Assembly (NCBI GenBank): GCA_045638805.1
Contig: JAZUBZ010000095.1
Location: forward strand, 885 to 64,884
From: Eubacteriales bacterium
Lineage (GTDB): Bacteria; Bacillota; Clostridia; Oscillospirales; CAG-272
Direction of reading: 5' to 3'
DNA length: 64,000 bases
Of this stretch, positions 1 to 9,675 are shown one piece after another (within the stretch, counting starts at the first letter, position 1; every line of letters starts with the position of its first letter). The translations under genes were made by a program, and so were the position numbers. The notes beneath the pieces are model-generated. The model ran no database searches and was not told the DNA's origin. It saw nothing but the letters and a program-made list of their open reading frames with translations.

Positions 1-1
1 T

Positions 2-547
2 ATTGCAGACGATGATTTTGCATTAAAATATAAAAGCGTACACGACAGTTATAATCCTGTGGCACCTGTTCTTGCAAAGTACTTCGATCTGAAAAAGACA
101 ACTATCTCAACCGGTCAAAGCTGTATTGAGTACGGCGCAAAGCTTCTTGTGGGGTGTGACGGTGCCCTAATGTTTACGATAAGCCGAGGTCAAATACTCA
201 TGTCTTACGTGACAGATAACGCCGAAGTTTCACTTAGTCCTGTCAAAAGCATCGACAGTCGTGAATTGAAACCGTCAGAAGACACAGTGAAAACAGCGGC
301 TACCCTTGCCTGCGCTGTCGGAAATACAGTGTCTCTGTTGAAAGTAAAGCATATCATCTTTGACTGCTGTGAGGCGTTCAGTCATCACGATTTTATACCT
401 GCATTCACGTCAGTTTTAGAAAAGTATACTGCTTGTGAAACACGTGACGTTAAAGTCACTCTCTTGAACTACTCTCTGCGTCTTGGCGGTGCTGTATATG
501 CTTGTCACAGAAGACATCTCAGTCTTATAAGAGACTATGAGGACTGA
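2..547 (+). CDS. hypothetical protein, 5' end cut by window edge
   Basis: Frame is open from base 2 through the listed GTG at 59 to the stop at 545-547. It ends 36 nt upstream of manA. No motif I can assign. Confidence 0.5.
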   Translation: MADDDFALKYKSVHDSYNPVAPVLAKYFDLKKTTISTGQSCIEYGAKLLVGCDGALMFTISRGQILMSYVTDNAEVSLSPVKSIDSRELKPSEDTVKTAATLACAVGNTVSLLKVKHIIFDCCEAFSHHDFIPAFTSVLEKYTACETRDVKVTLLNYSLRLGGAVYACHRRHLSLIRDYED

Positions 548-583
548 CGCGATCATCCTTAAACTATCGAAAGTGTAATACCT

Positions 584-1558
584 ATGGCTATATATCCTAT
601 CAAACTAACCCCTGTATTCAAGCAGATCATCTGGGGCGGCGAAAGACTCCGCAGTGAGTATAATAAAACATCCCCGCTTGATAAGATCGCCGAATCGTGG
701 GAGTTGACACACCGTCCCGACGGAATGTCAACAATTGAAAACGGCGCTTATCGCGGAGAAACACTTGAAAAATATCTTATAGACCATCCCCGCGCAGTCG
801 GCACAAACCATAGTGACGACAGATTCCCGCTTCTTATAAAATTCATCGATGCTGAGGACGATCTGTCCATTCAGGTACATCCCGACGACGAATACGCATT
901 AAAAAACGAACCCGACACGGGAAAAACCGAAATGTGGTATATCGCAGAGGCTGACGAAAATGCATCACTTATATACGGGCTGAAAAAGCAAGTCTCTCGC
1001 GCTCAGTTAAAAAAACTGTTGCAATGCGGCGAAGCTGACGGTATTCTCAATAAGATCAGCATCAAAAAGGGAGAGGTGTATTTCATTCCCGCAGGTCACG
1101 TTCACGCTATCTGCAAAGGTGCGCTTATTGCAGAAATTCAGCAAAACTCAAACGTCACATACCGAATGTACGATTATGACAGAACTGATGCAAACGGTAA
1201 AAAAAGAGAGCTCCACATAAGTAAAGCTCTCGACGTTATAAAGCACCGTACGTCCCAGGAGATAGAAGCCATCCGTTTTGGCTCGGTTCCTCTCAGACGT
1301 GCCTCATTTGAGGACTGTGAGATACTGTGCGACTGCTCTTATTTCAGAGTGTCCAAGGTCTCGTCTGACAGCAGTTTCTGCTTCAGCGCAGATCATTCGT
1401 CATTCGCTTCGCTTCTGTTTCTGGAAGCGTCACATACCGCAGTTTCATGCGGAGATGAACGTGTTGAAGTCATCCGCGGAGACAGTATCTTTATTCCCGC
1501 AGGAAGCGGTGAAGTTAACGTAACGGGAAAATGTGAATTCCTCATTTCCGAGATATAG
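584..1558 (+). CDS. manA: mannose-6-phosphate isomerase, class I
   Basis: N-terminal IWGG, LLIKFIDAEDDLSIQVHPDD, GKTEMWYI, VHAI and QQNSNVTYRMYDYDR motifs are typical of type I phosphomannose isomerase. Confidence 0.9.
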   Translation: MAIYPIKLTPVFKQIIWGGERLRSEYNKTSPLDKIAESWELTHRPDGMSTIENGAYRGETLEKYLIDHPRAVGTNHSDDRFPLLIKFIDAEDDLSIQVHPDDEYALKNEPDTGKTEMWYIAEADENASLIYGLKKQVSRAQLKKLLQCGEADGILNKISIKKGEVYFIPAGHVHAICKGALIAEIQQNSNVTYRMYDYDRTDANGKKRELHISKALDVIKHRTSQEIEAIRFGSVPLRRASFEDCEILCDCSYFRVSKVSSDSSFCFSADHSSFASLLFLEASHTAVSCGDERVEVIRGDSIFIPAGSGEVNVTGKCEFLISEI

Positions 1559-1568
1559 CTCTCAATTT

Positions 1569-2288
1569 TTAAATTACGTTTTTCACGAACTTTATACCTC
1601 CAAAGTCGGAAAGGACGTCATCAGACAAACAGACTATATCGTATCCGTGGGTATTTACGTACTCACGGATCTTTTCACCATCGGGGTGGAGCATAATATT
1701 TCCGAGGAAATATATTTTATTACCACACACACCCGAAGCTCCGCCGATAAATCCGGTGCCGTATCCGTCGAGACGGATATGGCCTTCTGTTATCTTAAGT
1801 ACGTCGATTCCCACCGATCTTGCGGCTCTTTCGACTGATGGATCAGCAGTTACCATAAAACTGTCACATGAAAGTGTGGAGCAGGCGGCATAGCCCTGGC
1901 GAACGTTTACGTGAGTAAAGTTAAGACTTTTCAAAACATCAGTAAGTCGCCTTGAGGTATACTTTACAAGAGAAAAAGCATAGCTCCCGCATGTAAGTAC
2001 ATTGAGCGATATATCGAAAGGATACTCAGCGCCGCGTACACCGTCTGAAGGTATTATCTCAAGTCCGCACTTTTCACGCAAATGCTTTGCAAATCCACTA
2101 TCCTCACAAACGTAACTTTCCGGCAACACCGCATAGTTTCCTACCAACGTAATTATCATATCAGCATGACACTGTACAGGCTTCTGCAAAAGCACGTCGG
2201 GATATACTGTGAGTACGTCAAATTCATTTTTGAGAAGAGGAATAAATTCTTCCGCCTCCTGTGAGATAATTGCAGTATACTCCTTCAC
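1569..2288 (-). CDS. conserved hypothetical protein
   Basis: 239-aa ORF with no competing long ORF. No catalytic motif recognised. Confidence 0.65.
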   Translation of the reverse strand: MKEYTAIISQEAEEFIPLLKNEFDVLTVYPDVLLQKPVQCHADMIITLVGNYAVLPESYVCEDSGFAKHLREKCGLEIIPSDGVRGAEYPFDISLNVLTCGSYAFSLVKYTSRRLTDVLKSLNFTHVNVRQGYAACSTLSCDSFMVTADPSVERAARSVGIDVLKITEGHIRLDGYGTGFIGGASGVCGNKIYFLGNIMLHPDGEKIREYVNTHGYDIVCLSDDVLSDFGGIKFVKNVI

Positions 2289-2326
2289 TTAGCCACATCC
2301 TTTAAAAAGAGATTTACATAAGAGAA

Positions 2327-2348
2327 AAACTCCCTCGGAAGGGAGTTT
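2327..2348. terminator. rho-independent terminator after rpmB
   Basis: AAACTCCC-TCGGAA-GGGAGTTT with A and T runs on both sides. Confidence 0.75.
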
Positions 2349-2363
2349 ATTTTCGGTATAAAA

Positions 2364-2549
2364 TTATACTCGTGTAACCTTGCCTGAGCGCAGGCAGCGA
2401 GAGCATACATATACAGTCTTGTGCGCGCCGTCAACAACAGCCTTTACTCGTCTGATGTTGGGCTTCCACATTCTGTTTGTTTTGCGGTTAGAGTGAGAAA
2501 CGTTCTGACCGAAAGTTACGCCTTTTCCGCATACAGAGCACTTTGCCAT
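2364..2549 (-). CDS. rpmB: 50S ribosomal protein L28
   Basis: 61 aa, MAKCSVCGKG...NVSHSNRKTNRMWKPNI...VCSRCLRSGKV is the L28 signature. Confidence 0.95.
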   Translation of the reverse strand: MAKCSVCGKGVTFGQNVSHSNRKTNRMWKPNIRRVKAVVDGAHKTVYVCSRCLRSGKVTRV

Positions 2550-2606
2550 CTGAATACACCTCCGTTAATGGTAATGTCTTGATAATATACAAACTCAGCA
2601 TTTGTT

Positions 2607-2635
2607 ATTATATCATAATCAAAATCAAATTGCAA
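2607..2635 (-). promoter_or_regulatory. candidate rpmB promoter
   Basis: The minus strand reads TTGCAA, 17 nt, TATAAT, about 55 nt upstream of the rpmB ATG. Confidence 0.45.
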
Positions 2636-2772
2636 TAGATTTTTGCAATTTTTTTATTTATTTCACGAGCTTTATTTGCTTTTTTCGCGGGTTTGAGTCG
2701 ACTTTCACCGCATATTTTGAACACAAAGCGATTTTTCCACTATATCTATGGATAACCTCTGTAAAAGCTCTG

Positions 2773-4821
2773 TCAGTCTGCCTTGCGGTACACTCTAAGT
2801 ACAGCGCCGTTTACCGATTCTGCTGAGCCAAGCGAAACAACGTTATCACCGTCACACAAAGCTTCGGTAAGATCAACAGTGTACGGCTTCGTAAGTATAC
2901 GTTCAACGTCTGTACCGTTTACGCTAACGTCAAGTGACTTTCCGTATGTTTCATCTATCTCAAGTACGGCACGGTCACCGTCCACAAAGCTGAAGAACAA
3001 CTTATTTTCGCCGCGCTTTAGTGCATGTATCTCACGGAGAATAAGCTCATCCTTCACTTCAAGGTTCGGCAGTACTTCAGTATCCCATGCAAGAACAGCG
3101 CACTCTCCCGGCATAAGACGTACAGATTCGTATTCCTCTGCAGGCATCCTGCAGTAAAGATCTCGTTTATCCCCGCTGACCGTGTCAAGTATATATGCCC
3201 GTCCACATGAGAGGAAACGACGTCTCAGAGTAAACGTCTCATCCGTGAAGTTAACGTAAAGCTCGAAGCGATGAGCACATTTTAGAGTTGTGTAAACCGT
3301 CAGATGCTTCGCGCATTCTTTACCGAATTCGTCAACACCCAAATGCTTCTTCGCAAATTCACCAAACTGACCGCCGCGGTAGAACTTTCCGCCGTACGCG
3401 GCAAATTCACCAAAGTGGCGCACACTTTCGCTGTCGAGACGAACTCTCTGATCCACGAGCATCGCGTTGTATCTGAACTTATCTATAAGAAATTCGCCAT
3501 GATGACTTTTTCCTTTTTTGAATCCCTGAGAAACAGACGTGAAATTGAACTGAACGCCAAGGGCACGAAGCTTATCTGCACCCGAGAACGGAATAAATCC
3601 GTCATCGCAAAGAACAAGACATGAAGTATCGGGTGAGCATGAGGTACCAAGGGTGGAAAGACGTCTGAAGCTCATGGCAAGCTTTTTCATGTCCTCACGG
3701 CGTATATCCGATGCATCCATGTATGATGGATCAGAATACTCTGCACGGAGCATAAACATAGCGGAACCTGAGGCTGCAGCCAAGCATATCTCGCGCTTTA
3801 CTTCTCCGATATCGGTAGATGCCACGGTATATACTGCTCCCGTAAAGCCTTCCCCCCGTGCTACGTCTGAAAGATATTTCACAGCCGACATACGCTCACT
3901 GTCTGTTGTAACGGCACCGTCAAACGCACGGTCAGTATAAACAGGGAGAGTGAAAGCGGACGTACAGCTTCCGATAAATTCGTAAGGAACCTCGCCCATA
4001 AACGCGAGAGAATTTGCACCGCACCAGCGTGACAAAGGCTCAAGATAGGCTTCTGCAACACGTGCTCCAACCGCTTTGGAATATAAACGCGCGCCTTCCT
4101 TACGGCTTCTCTTATCACTCTCGCATAAAAGTGACAAAAGTATCTGAGGTGTGGCACCTAGGCTCATAAATTCATGTGAAAGCTCGTATGACCATGGGAT
4201 AGTATCTGTAGTGACGGTCGTAAGAGCAGACGTGTACACACCTGCAAAGGATGCTCCAACGTATTCCTTATACTTTTCAAGAAAGCTGTCGTAAACAGAC
4301 ACGAACATCTCACCTGCTTCAAAGGAAAGACGATCCACTCCCCCTGTCTTTTCGGTAAGGATAACGCTGTATTTACAGTATGTATCGTCTTCTTCGGGAC
4401 ATGTCTCAGCTGTGTCACACAGTACACCGTCATTAAACTTTAAAAAGTAATTATGTATGATCTCTTCAACTGCGGCAAGCATACAATCGTCTGTACGTGC
4501 AAGTCTGATGGTATGAGATGCAAGCATGGGGTTATAGGACACGAAAACATCTTCAGTACACTCTGAGTCAGTTAAGATAACGTTTTCATCCACAAAGACG
4601 AGCATAAACCTTTTCTTAGCGGCAGAAAGCACGGCTTCAACTGCACCGTCTGTAAGTCGTCCTACATCACAAAGTAGAAGTATGGCATCAAGTCCGTATT
4701 TATGAAGACTGCTTATACGTTCTTCGATCTCATCTGTAGTCATATCGGAAACATTTAAGGGGGCGATAGGAGAGTGGACAACACCCGGGTGCTTCCAAAC
4801 ATCCGTTAATATATCAAACAT
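2773..4821 (-). CDS. large uncharacterised cytoplasmic protein, possibly carbohydrate-active
   Basis: 682-aa uninterrupted ORF with no signal peptide. The C-terminal beta-sandwich-like tail (SVNGTDV...VSLGS...VLRVY) is only reminiscent of sugar-binding domains. Function not assignable. Confidence 0.7.
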   Translation of the reverse strand: MFDILTDVWKHPGVVHSPIAPLNVSDMTTDEIEERISSLHKYGLDAILLLCDVGRLTDGAVEAVLSAAKKRFMLVFVDENVILTDSECTEDVFVSYNPMLASHTIRLARTDDCMLAAVEEIIHNYFLKFNDGVLCDTAETCPEEDDTYCKYSVILTEKTGGVDRLSFEAGEMFVSVYDSFLEKYKEYVGASFAGVYTSALTTVTTDTIPWSYELSHEFMSLGATPQILLSLLCESDKRSRKEGARLYSKAVGARVAEAYLEPLSRWCGANSLAFMGEVPYEFIGSCTSAFTLPVYTDRAFDGAVTTDSERMSAVKYLSDVARGEGFTGAVYTVASTDIGEVKREICLAAASGSAMFMLRAEYSDPSYMDASDIRREDMKKLAMSFRRLSTLGTSCSPDTSCLVLCDDGFIPFSGADKLRALGVQFNFTSVSQGFKKGKSHHGEFLIDKFRYNAMLVDQRVRLDSESVRHFGEFAAYGGKFYRGGQFGEFAKKHLGVDEFGKECAKHLTVYTTLKCAHRFELYVNFTDETFTLRRRFLSCGRAYILDTVSGDKRDLYCRMPAEEYESVRLMPGECAVLAWDTEVLPNLEVKDELILREIHALKRGENKLFFSFVDGDRAVLEIDETYGKSLDVSVNGTDVERILTKPYTVDLTEALCDGDNVVSLGSAESVNGAVLRVYRKAD

Positions 4822-4901
4822 TATGTTTTACCTCATTAATTTACGTATATGAATAAGTATAACACAAATACCTCCGTTCTTCAAGAGGGGACAGATCAAA
4901 T

Positions 4902-4944
4902 AAAAGCTCCGTCTGCATTTTCAACACGCAAACGGAGCTTTTTT
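4902..4944. terminator. terminator after clpC
   Basis: AAAAGCTCCGT, 19-nt loop, ACGGAGCTTTT, with flanking A/T runs. Confidence 0.7.
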
Positions 4945-4951
4945 CTGTATT

Positions 4952-7402
4952 TTATTTCTTTTCGTATACTATCTTACCGTCATAAACCTTCGCTGTGACT
5001 GCGTCTCCTGCGGAAATTTCACCTCTGAGCATAGCCTCTGAAAAAGAATCCTCAACCTGACGGACTATCGCACGGCGCAGGGGTCTCGCACCGTATACTG
5101 GGTCAAAGCCCTCAGCAGCAAGCTTTTCCACAACCTCTTTTTCAAACTCTATCGAAATGCCAAGCTCTGTAATACGTTTTGTAACGTCATTCAGCATAAT
5201 TGATGCGATGGCACTTATATTCTCGCTTGACAGCTTGTTGAATACGATTATCTCGTCAAGACGGTTCAAAAACTCAGGCTTGAATGTGGTTTTAAGCGCG
5301 TCGCTTACAGCACTTTTCATGCGTCTCTGCTCGCCTTCAGCATCATTCCCGCCCGAAAATCCGAGGCGGCGAGGCTCCGTGATGCCTGCGGCACCTACGT
5401 TTGACGTCATGATGATAACGGTATTCTTAAAGTCAACGTGACGTCCTCTGGAGTCGGTAAGGACACCGTCCTCAAGGATCTGTAAGAGAATGTTGAACAC
5501 GTCGGGATGAGCCTTCTCGATCTCGTCAAAGAGGACTACCGAATAAGGCTTTCTTCTGATCTGCTCGGTAAGCTGACCTCCGTCGTCAAAGCCTACGTAT
5601 CCCGGAGGAGAACCGATAAGCTTGGATACACTGTGCTTTTCCATGTACTCGGACATATCTACGCGGATCATTGCGTTTTCCGAGCCGAACATAACATCGG
5701 CAAGAACCTTGGTAAGCTCTGTCTTACCTACGCCTGTGGGACCGAGGAAAATAAAGCTTCCCGTAGGACGTTTCGGGTCCTTAAGACCCATTCTTCCGCG
5801 TCTGATAGCGCGGGATACTGCCTCAACTGCCTCATCCTGTCCGATGACACGTGATTTTAATGTCTCCTCAAGCTTAAGGAGTCTTTCGGAATCTTCCTCG
5901 GCAAGCTTTGTTACAGGAATCCCCGTCCACGCACCTACTATCTCAGCAATATCGTCTTCGGTAACTACAAGTCCGTCTGTCATCCCGGATCGCGTGTCTC
6001 TCTTGGAAGCAAGCTCTTCTGTAAGACGTTTTTCATCGTCTCTCAATTTTGCGGCAGTCTCATAATCCTCGGAGAGGATCGCCTCTTCCTTTTCGGCAGA
6101 TACCGCTTTAAGCTTTTCCTCAAGCTCTCTCACATCGGGAGAAGGTGTAAATCCTGCGATACGTTTTTTGGATGCCGCTTCATCGATAAGGTCTATCGCT
6201 TTATCCGGAAGGAATCTGTCACTTATATATCTTACAGACAGCTTAACAGCCGAGATCAATGCTTCATCAGATATCTTCAGCTTGTGATGCGCCTCGTATT
6301 TATCGCGGAGTCCGAACAGAATCTGCTCTGCCTCTTCCGATGTAGGCTCGCCTACGAGCACAGACTGGAATCTTCTCTCAAGCGCCGCATCGCGCTCGAT
6401 ATGACGTCTGTATTCGTCAATGGTTGTGGCACCGATGACCTGCATTTCCCCACGCGCAAGAGCGGGCTTTATGATGTTTGCCGCATCAACTGCGCCCTCG
6501 GCACCTCCTGCGCCGATTATGGTGTGTATCTCGTCGATGAAAAGTATGATATCGGGGTTACCTCGTACCTCCTCCATCACGTTTTTCATTCGTTCTTCAA
6601 ATTCACCTCTGTATTTCGCACCTGCGATCATTGCTGAAATATCAAGTGTGACAATTGTCTTGCCTCTCAGCGTGTCGGGAACCGAGCCGTCAACGATACG
6701 TTGTGCAAGTCCCTCCACAACGGCAGTCTTACCTACGCCGGGTTCACCGATCAGGCAGGGATTGTTCTTCGTTCTTCTTGACAGTATACGAATAACTCTC
6801 TCGGTCTCCTCGTCTCTGCCTATAATGGGGTCTATCTTTCCCTCTCTCGCACCTGCACAAAGATCTCGACCGAAGCTTGACAGTGAGGGGCATCCCTTGA
6901 TATCACTCTTTTTCTGTTTAGAACCCTGAGGTACACCCGAATCAGCGCCTTCAGCTCCCTTGCCGAAATGGGAGATGATATCCCGCTTTACGTCTGATGC
7001 CGCCACACCACAGGAGGAAAGCATCTTGACGGCGTAACAGTCAGGCTCGTCCGCAATGGCAAAGAGCAAATGCTCCGTGCCGACGAATCCGTGACCCATA
7101 CTCATAGCCGCCTTGGCGGAATATTCGATAATCTTTTTGGTGCGGGGAGTCATATCAGCCGCGCTGAGCCTTGTTACCTCACCAAGACCTGACGTATCTT
7201 CAACTATTTTCTTTATCTTATCAAAATCTGCGCCACGCTCCCCAAGAACCCTTGCAGCAATACCATCAGGCTCAGAAAGGAGTCCCAACAGGATATGCTC
7301 ACTTCCGATACAAGTGTGTCCCATCTCGGACGCTGTCTTTAAAGCCATGTTAAGGGCGTTCTGCGCCTTTGCAGTAAATCCAATATTCATCTTTTCATCC
7401 AT
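4952..7402 (-). CDS. clpC: ATP-dependent Clp protease ATP-binding subunit ClpC
   Basis: Clp N-repeats, two Walker A sites (GEPGVGKT, GPTGVGKT), a UVR-like linker, and position after ctsR-mcsA-mcsB. Confidence 0.95.
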   Translation of the reverse strand: MDEKMNIGFTAKAQNALNMALKTASEMGHTCIGSEHILLGLLSEPDGIAARVLGERGADFDKIKKIVEDTSGLGEVTRLSAADMTPRTKKIIEYSAKAAMSMGHGFVGTEHLLFAIADEPDCYAVKMLSSCGVAASDVKRDIISHFGKGAEGADSGVPQGSKQKKSDIKGCPSLSSFGRDLCAGAREGKIDPIIGRDEETERVIRILSRRTKNNPCLIGEPGVGKTAVVEGLAQRIVDGSVPDTLRGKTIVTLDISAMIAGAKYRGEFEERMKNVMEEVRGNPDIILFIDEIHTIIGAGGAEGAVDAANIIKPALARGEMQVIGATTIDEYRRHIERDAALERRFQSVLVGEPTSEEAEQILFGLRDKYEAHHKLKISDEALISAVKLSVRYISDRFLPDKAIDLIDEAASKKRIAGFTPSPDVRELEEKLKAVSAEKEEAILSEDYETAAKLRDDEKRLTEELASKRDTRSGMTDGLVVTEDDIAEIVGAWTGIPVTKLAEEDSERLLKLEETLKSRVIGQDEAVEAVSRAIRRGRMGLKDPKRPTGSFIFLGPTGVGKTELTKVLADVMFGSENAMIRVDMSEYMEKHSVSKLIGSPPGYVGFDDGGQLTEQIRRKPYSVVLFDEIEKAHPDVFNILLQILEDGVLTDSRGRHVDFKNTVIIMTSNVGAAGITEPRRLGFSGGNDAEGEQRRMKSAVSDALKTTFKPEFLNRLDEIIVFNKLSSENISAIASIMLNDVTKRITELGISIEFEKEVVEKLAAEGFDPVYGARPLRRAIVRQVEDSFSEAMLRGEISAGDAVTAKVYDGKIVYEKK

Positions 7403-7435
7403 TCCTTTCCTTAAATCTCAACCCGATTCAGGCGT

Positions 7436-8452
7436 TTATGTTCCTGCGTTACCGTTAAGTACACGTCTTATCATGTTAGCTCTCTCACGGTCTCTGTCAG
7501 TAGTTGTTTTGACGTTTTCGTTTTCCTCAGTAAGTACACCGGGCATACCACAAATAAGCATCTTATCAAGAACGTTTACGCTTAGTCCTTCAATAAGTCC
7601 GAGAGAGGCGGCAAGACGTACGTCTGCGTAAAGTCTCGTCATCTCGGCAGAATCCATAAGCACCGCATAAAGCATAGTACCGTAAGCTCTCATTGCTCTG
7701 TCGGTGAACTTCTCGTCACTGAAATACTTACGTCTCAGTTCCCTCTCTTTTTCAGCGATATTTTCGCATATCTTTTCAATCTTTGAGATTATCTCTTCTT
7801 CCGTGGTACCGAGTGTTATCTGGTTAGATACCTGATATAGGCATCCGTCACCGCCAGAGCCTTCTCCGCTCATTCCTCTTATGGTAAGACCGATCTTACC
7901 AAGCTGATCCTGAAGGGATCTGATTCCGCGCGTAGCGGTTATCGCAGGCAGGAACAGCATTACTGAAGCTCTCATACCCGTTCCCAGATTTGTCGGACAA
8001 TGGGTAAGATAACCAAGCTTTTCGTCGTATGCGATCCTGAGTTGCGAGTCGAGCATACGGTCAGCTTCGAGTGCCGCCGCATACGCCTCGACAAGTGCAG
8101 CTCCAGGCTTTATAGACTGGATTCTCAGGTGGTCTTCCTCCAGCACCATAATATATATCTGTTTTTCATCAGATTCGATAAGTGCTGTGGGTGTCTTTTG
8201 GGTTGCAAATTCGGGGCTAACCTTATGTCTGTCTGCCTCTGCTCTGCGTGATGTATCACTAAGAACATTAAACTGAACAAAGCCGTAATCAGCCTTACCA
8301 TCAAATACGCCTCTTACCTTTTCAATTATCTCAAGTGCTGAGGGCTCGTCAAGTCTGCCGCCAAATGGATAATCAGCAAGGTTTCTTGCAAGACGCACAC
8401 GGGATGATACGACAACGTCGTTTTCTTTTCCTGTCATTTCATACCAAAGCAT
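7436..8452 (-). CDS. mcsB: protein arginine kinase McsB
   Basis: MLWYEMTG...VVSSRVRLARNLADYPF start and the CPTNLGTGMRAS guanidino-kinase motif. Start moved to the ATG at 8452, preceded by GAGGTG; the listed ORF starts at 8482. Confidence 0.9.
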   Translation of the reverse strand: MLWYEMTGKENDVVVSSRVRLARNLADYPFGGRLDEPSALEIIEKVRGVFDGKADYGFVQFNVLSDTSRRAEADRHKVSPEFATQKTPTALIESDEKQIYIMVLEEDHLRIQSIKPGAALVEAYAAALEADRMLDSQLRIAYDEKLGYLTHCPTNLGTGMRASVMLFLPAITATRGIRSLQDQLGKIGLTIRGMSGEGSGGDGCLYQVSNQITLGTTEEEIISKIEKICENIAEKERELRRKYFSDEKFTDRAMRAYGTMLYAVLMDSAEMTRLYADVRLAASLGLIEGLSVNVLDKMLICGMPGVLTEENENVKTTTDRDRERANMIRRVLNGNAGT

Positions 8453-8462
8453 ATCTGTCACC

Positions 8463-9008
8463 TCACATACCTGACTCTTCATTTTTCAGTTTACGAAGCT
8501 CGTCTCGAAGCTTTGCGGCTTCCTCGTATTCTTCCGTTTCCACCGCACGTTTAAGCTTTGTTTCAAGCTCTGCGATCTTTTCCTTTCGCTCACGTCCCTC
8601 CTTGTATCTTTCGGGAGCAGTACCCTTGTGTACTCCTGCTCCGTGAATCCTCGAAATAGTGGGAGAGAGCTCTTCAGCGAACACCTTATAGCATTCGGGG
8701 CATCCCGCCTTTCCTTCCTTTACAAGCTCTGCAAAGGTGGCACCGCAAAGAGTGCATTTTTTCTCATCGCCCGACTGACGTCTTACCTGATGAGCGGGTA
8801 GTCCGAAGAGGCTGCCGAATATAGAGTTCATATTATCGAATACGTCACCGAGAGCATCCCCGGTATTGTACGCTGATTTACCGTATCCGGACATCTCGGT
8901 GAGCTCTGACGCGCATTTTGAACACAGCGCAAAGGATTTAACGTGACCGTTGATATTTTCCTTATACATTACGGTTGCGGGATTTTTATTACATTTTTCA
9001 CAAAGCAT
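8463..9008 (-). CDS. mcsA: McsA (UvrB/UvrC-motif, zinc-finger activator of McsB)
   Basis: CxxC pairs (CEKCNK, CSKCA, CTLCG, CPECY) plus a C-terminal UVR motif EEYEEAAKLRDEL. Confidence 0.9.
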   Translation of the reverse strand: MLCEKCNKNPATVMYKENINGHVKSFALCSKCASELTEMSGYGKSAYNTGDALGDVFDNMNSIFGSLFGLPAHQVRRQSGDEKKCTLCGATFAELVKEGKAGCPECYKVFAEELSPTISRIHGAGVHKGTAPERYKEGRERKEKIAELETKLKRAVETEEYEEAAKLRDELRKLKNEESGM

Positions 9009-9041
9009 ATGAATGTCCTCCTTAGTTAATACCTTACTATT

Positions 9042-9494
9042 TTAATTCATAAGAGTAAGAATAATATGGCGCATTATGTCGGCTCTCACACTATTTCTCT
9101 CAGATGGATGAACTCTGTCAAGAGCACTTCCGCATAGTGTACTTCTGAGGAGCACCGCTTCCCTTTCTGTGATGAATCCGCGGTCAAACAGATTTACGAT
9201 AAACGCGGATGCGTTCTGTGCGTCAAGTCCGTCGGATACTGCGTGAAAAAAGTGCATGAGATATTCATTTTTCGTCATCTGCGCCCTGACAATGCGTATG
9301 TATCCACCGCCTCCCCTTTTGCTTTCAATGATGTATCCCTTCTCGGGAGTAAACCTTGAAGTAATAACGTAATTTATCTGGCTGGGTACACATCCGAGGC
9401 GGGATGCAAGGTCGTTTCGTTTTACCTCTGTAGTCCCTCCGCCTTCATTTAACATTTCCTCTATTACCGATGCGATATAATCCGAAATAAGCAT
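9042..9494 (-). CDS. ctsR: transcriptional repressor CtsR
   Basis: 150 aa with SDYIASVIEEML...RLGCVPSQINYVITSRFT...GYIIESKRGGGGYIRI, typical of CtsR. First gene of the clpC operon, with CtsR boxes upstream. Confidence 0.92.
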   Translation of the reverse strand: MLISDYIASVIEEMLNEGGGTTEVKRNDLASRLGCVPSQINYVITSRFTPEKGYIIESKRGGGGYIRIVRAQMTKNEYLMHFFHAVSDGLDAQNASAFIVNLFDRGFITEREAVLLRSTLCGSALDRVHPSERNSVRADIMRHIILTLMN

Positions 9495-9507
9495 TTTTAC
9501 ATCTCCT

Positions 9508-9528
9508 TTTTGACCTTCTTTGACTTTT
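9508..9528 (-). promoter_or_regulatory. CtsR operator (perfect direct heptad repeat)
   Basis: The minus strand reads AAAAGTCAAAGAAGGTCAAA, i.e. AGTCAAA-GAA-GGTCAAA, matching the A/GGTCAAA-NAN-A/GGTCAAA consensus. It lies between the -10 and the ctsR RBS. Confidence 0.85.
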
Positions 9529-9536
9529 GTGATTTC

Positions 9537-9565
9537 ATTATAACGTTTTGGTCAAAGAAAGTCAA
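9537..9565 (-). promoter_or_regulatory. sigma-A type promoter of the ctsR-clpC operon
   Basis: The minus strand reads TTGACT (9565-9560), a 17-nt spacer, then TATAAT (9542-9537). Confidence 0.7.
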
Positions 9566-9582
9566 AGTCAAAGAAAGTCAAA
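9550..9582 (+). promoter_or_regulatory. two tandem CtsR operators in the opposite orientation
   Basis: GGTCAAA-GAA-AGTCAAA followed directly by GTCAAA-GAA-AGTCAAA. They overlap the -35 and spacer of the ctsR promoter. Confidence 0.8.
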
Positions 9583-9654
9583 AATCGTCATTTTATCTGA
9601 GGTTATACCGAAATAAGTATATATAATCTTTCGTTTTCTCGTTATTTTGAAGTT

Positions 9655-9675
9655 TTTTGACCATTTTTTGACTTT
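9655..9675 (-). promoter_or_regulatory. degenerate CtsR-like operator
   Basis: The minus strand reads AGTCAAA-AAAT-GGTCAAA, with a 4-nt spacer instead of 3. Confidence 0.45.

Noticed and set aside
2602-2826. 74-aa plus-strand ORF in the rpmB upstream region.
   Set aside because: It overlaps the rpmB promoter and leader and the 3' end of the 682-aa gene. It has no RBS.
5157-7631. Numerous plus-strand ORFs of 60-172 aa listed inside clpC (for example 5622..6065, 6420..6929, 7113..7631).
   Set aside because: They are antisense to a gene with unmistakable ClpC motifs. They have Ser/Pro/Arg-rich low-complexity translations typical of the reverse frames of a real gene, and no RBS.
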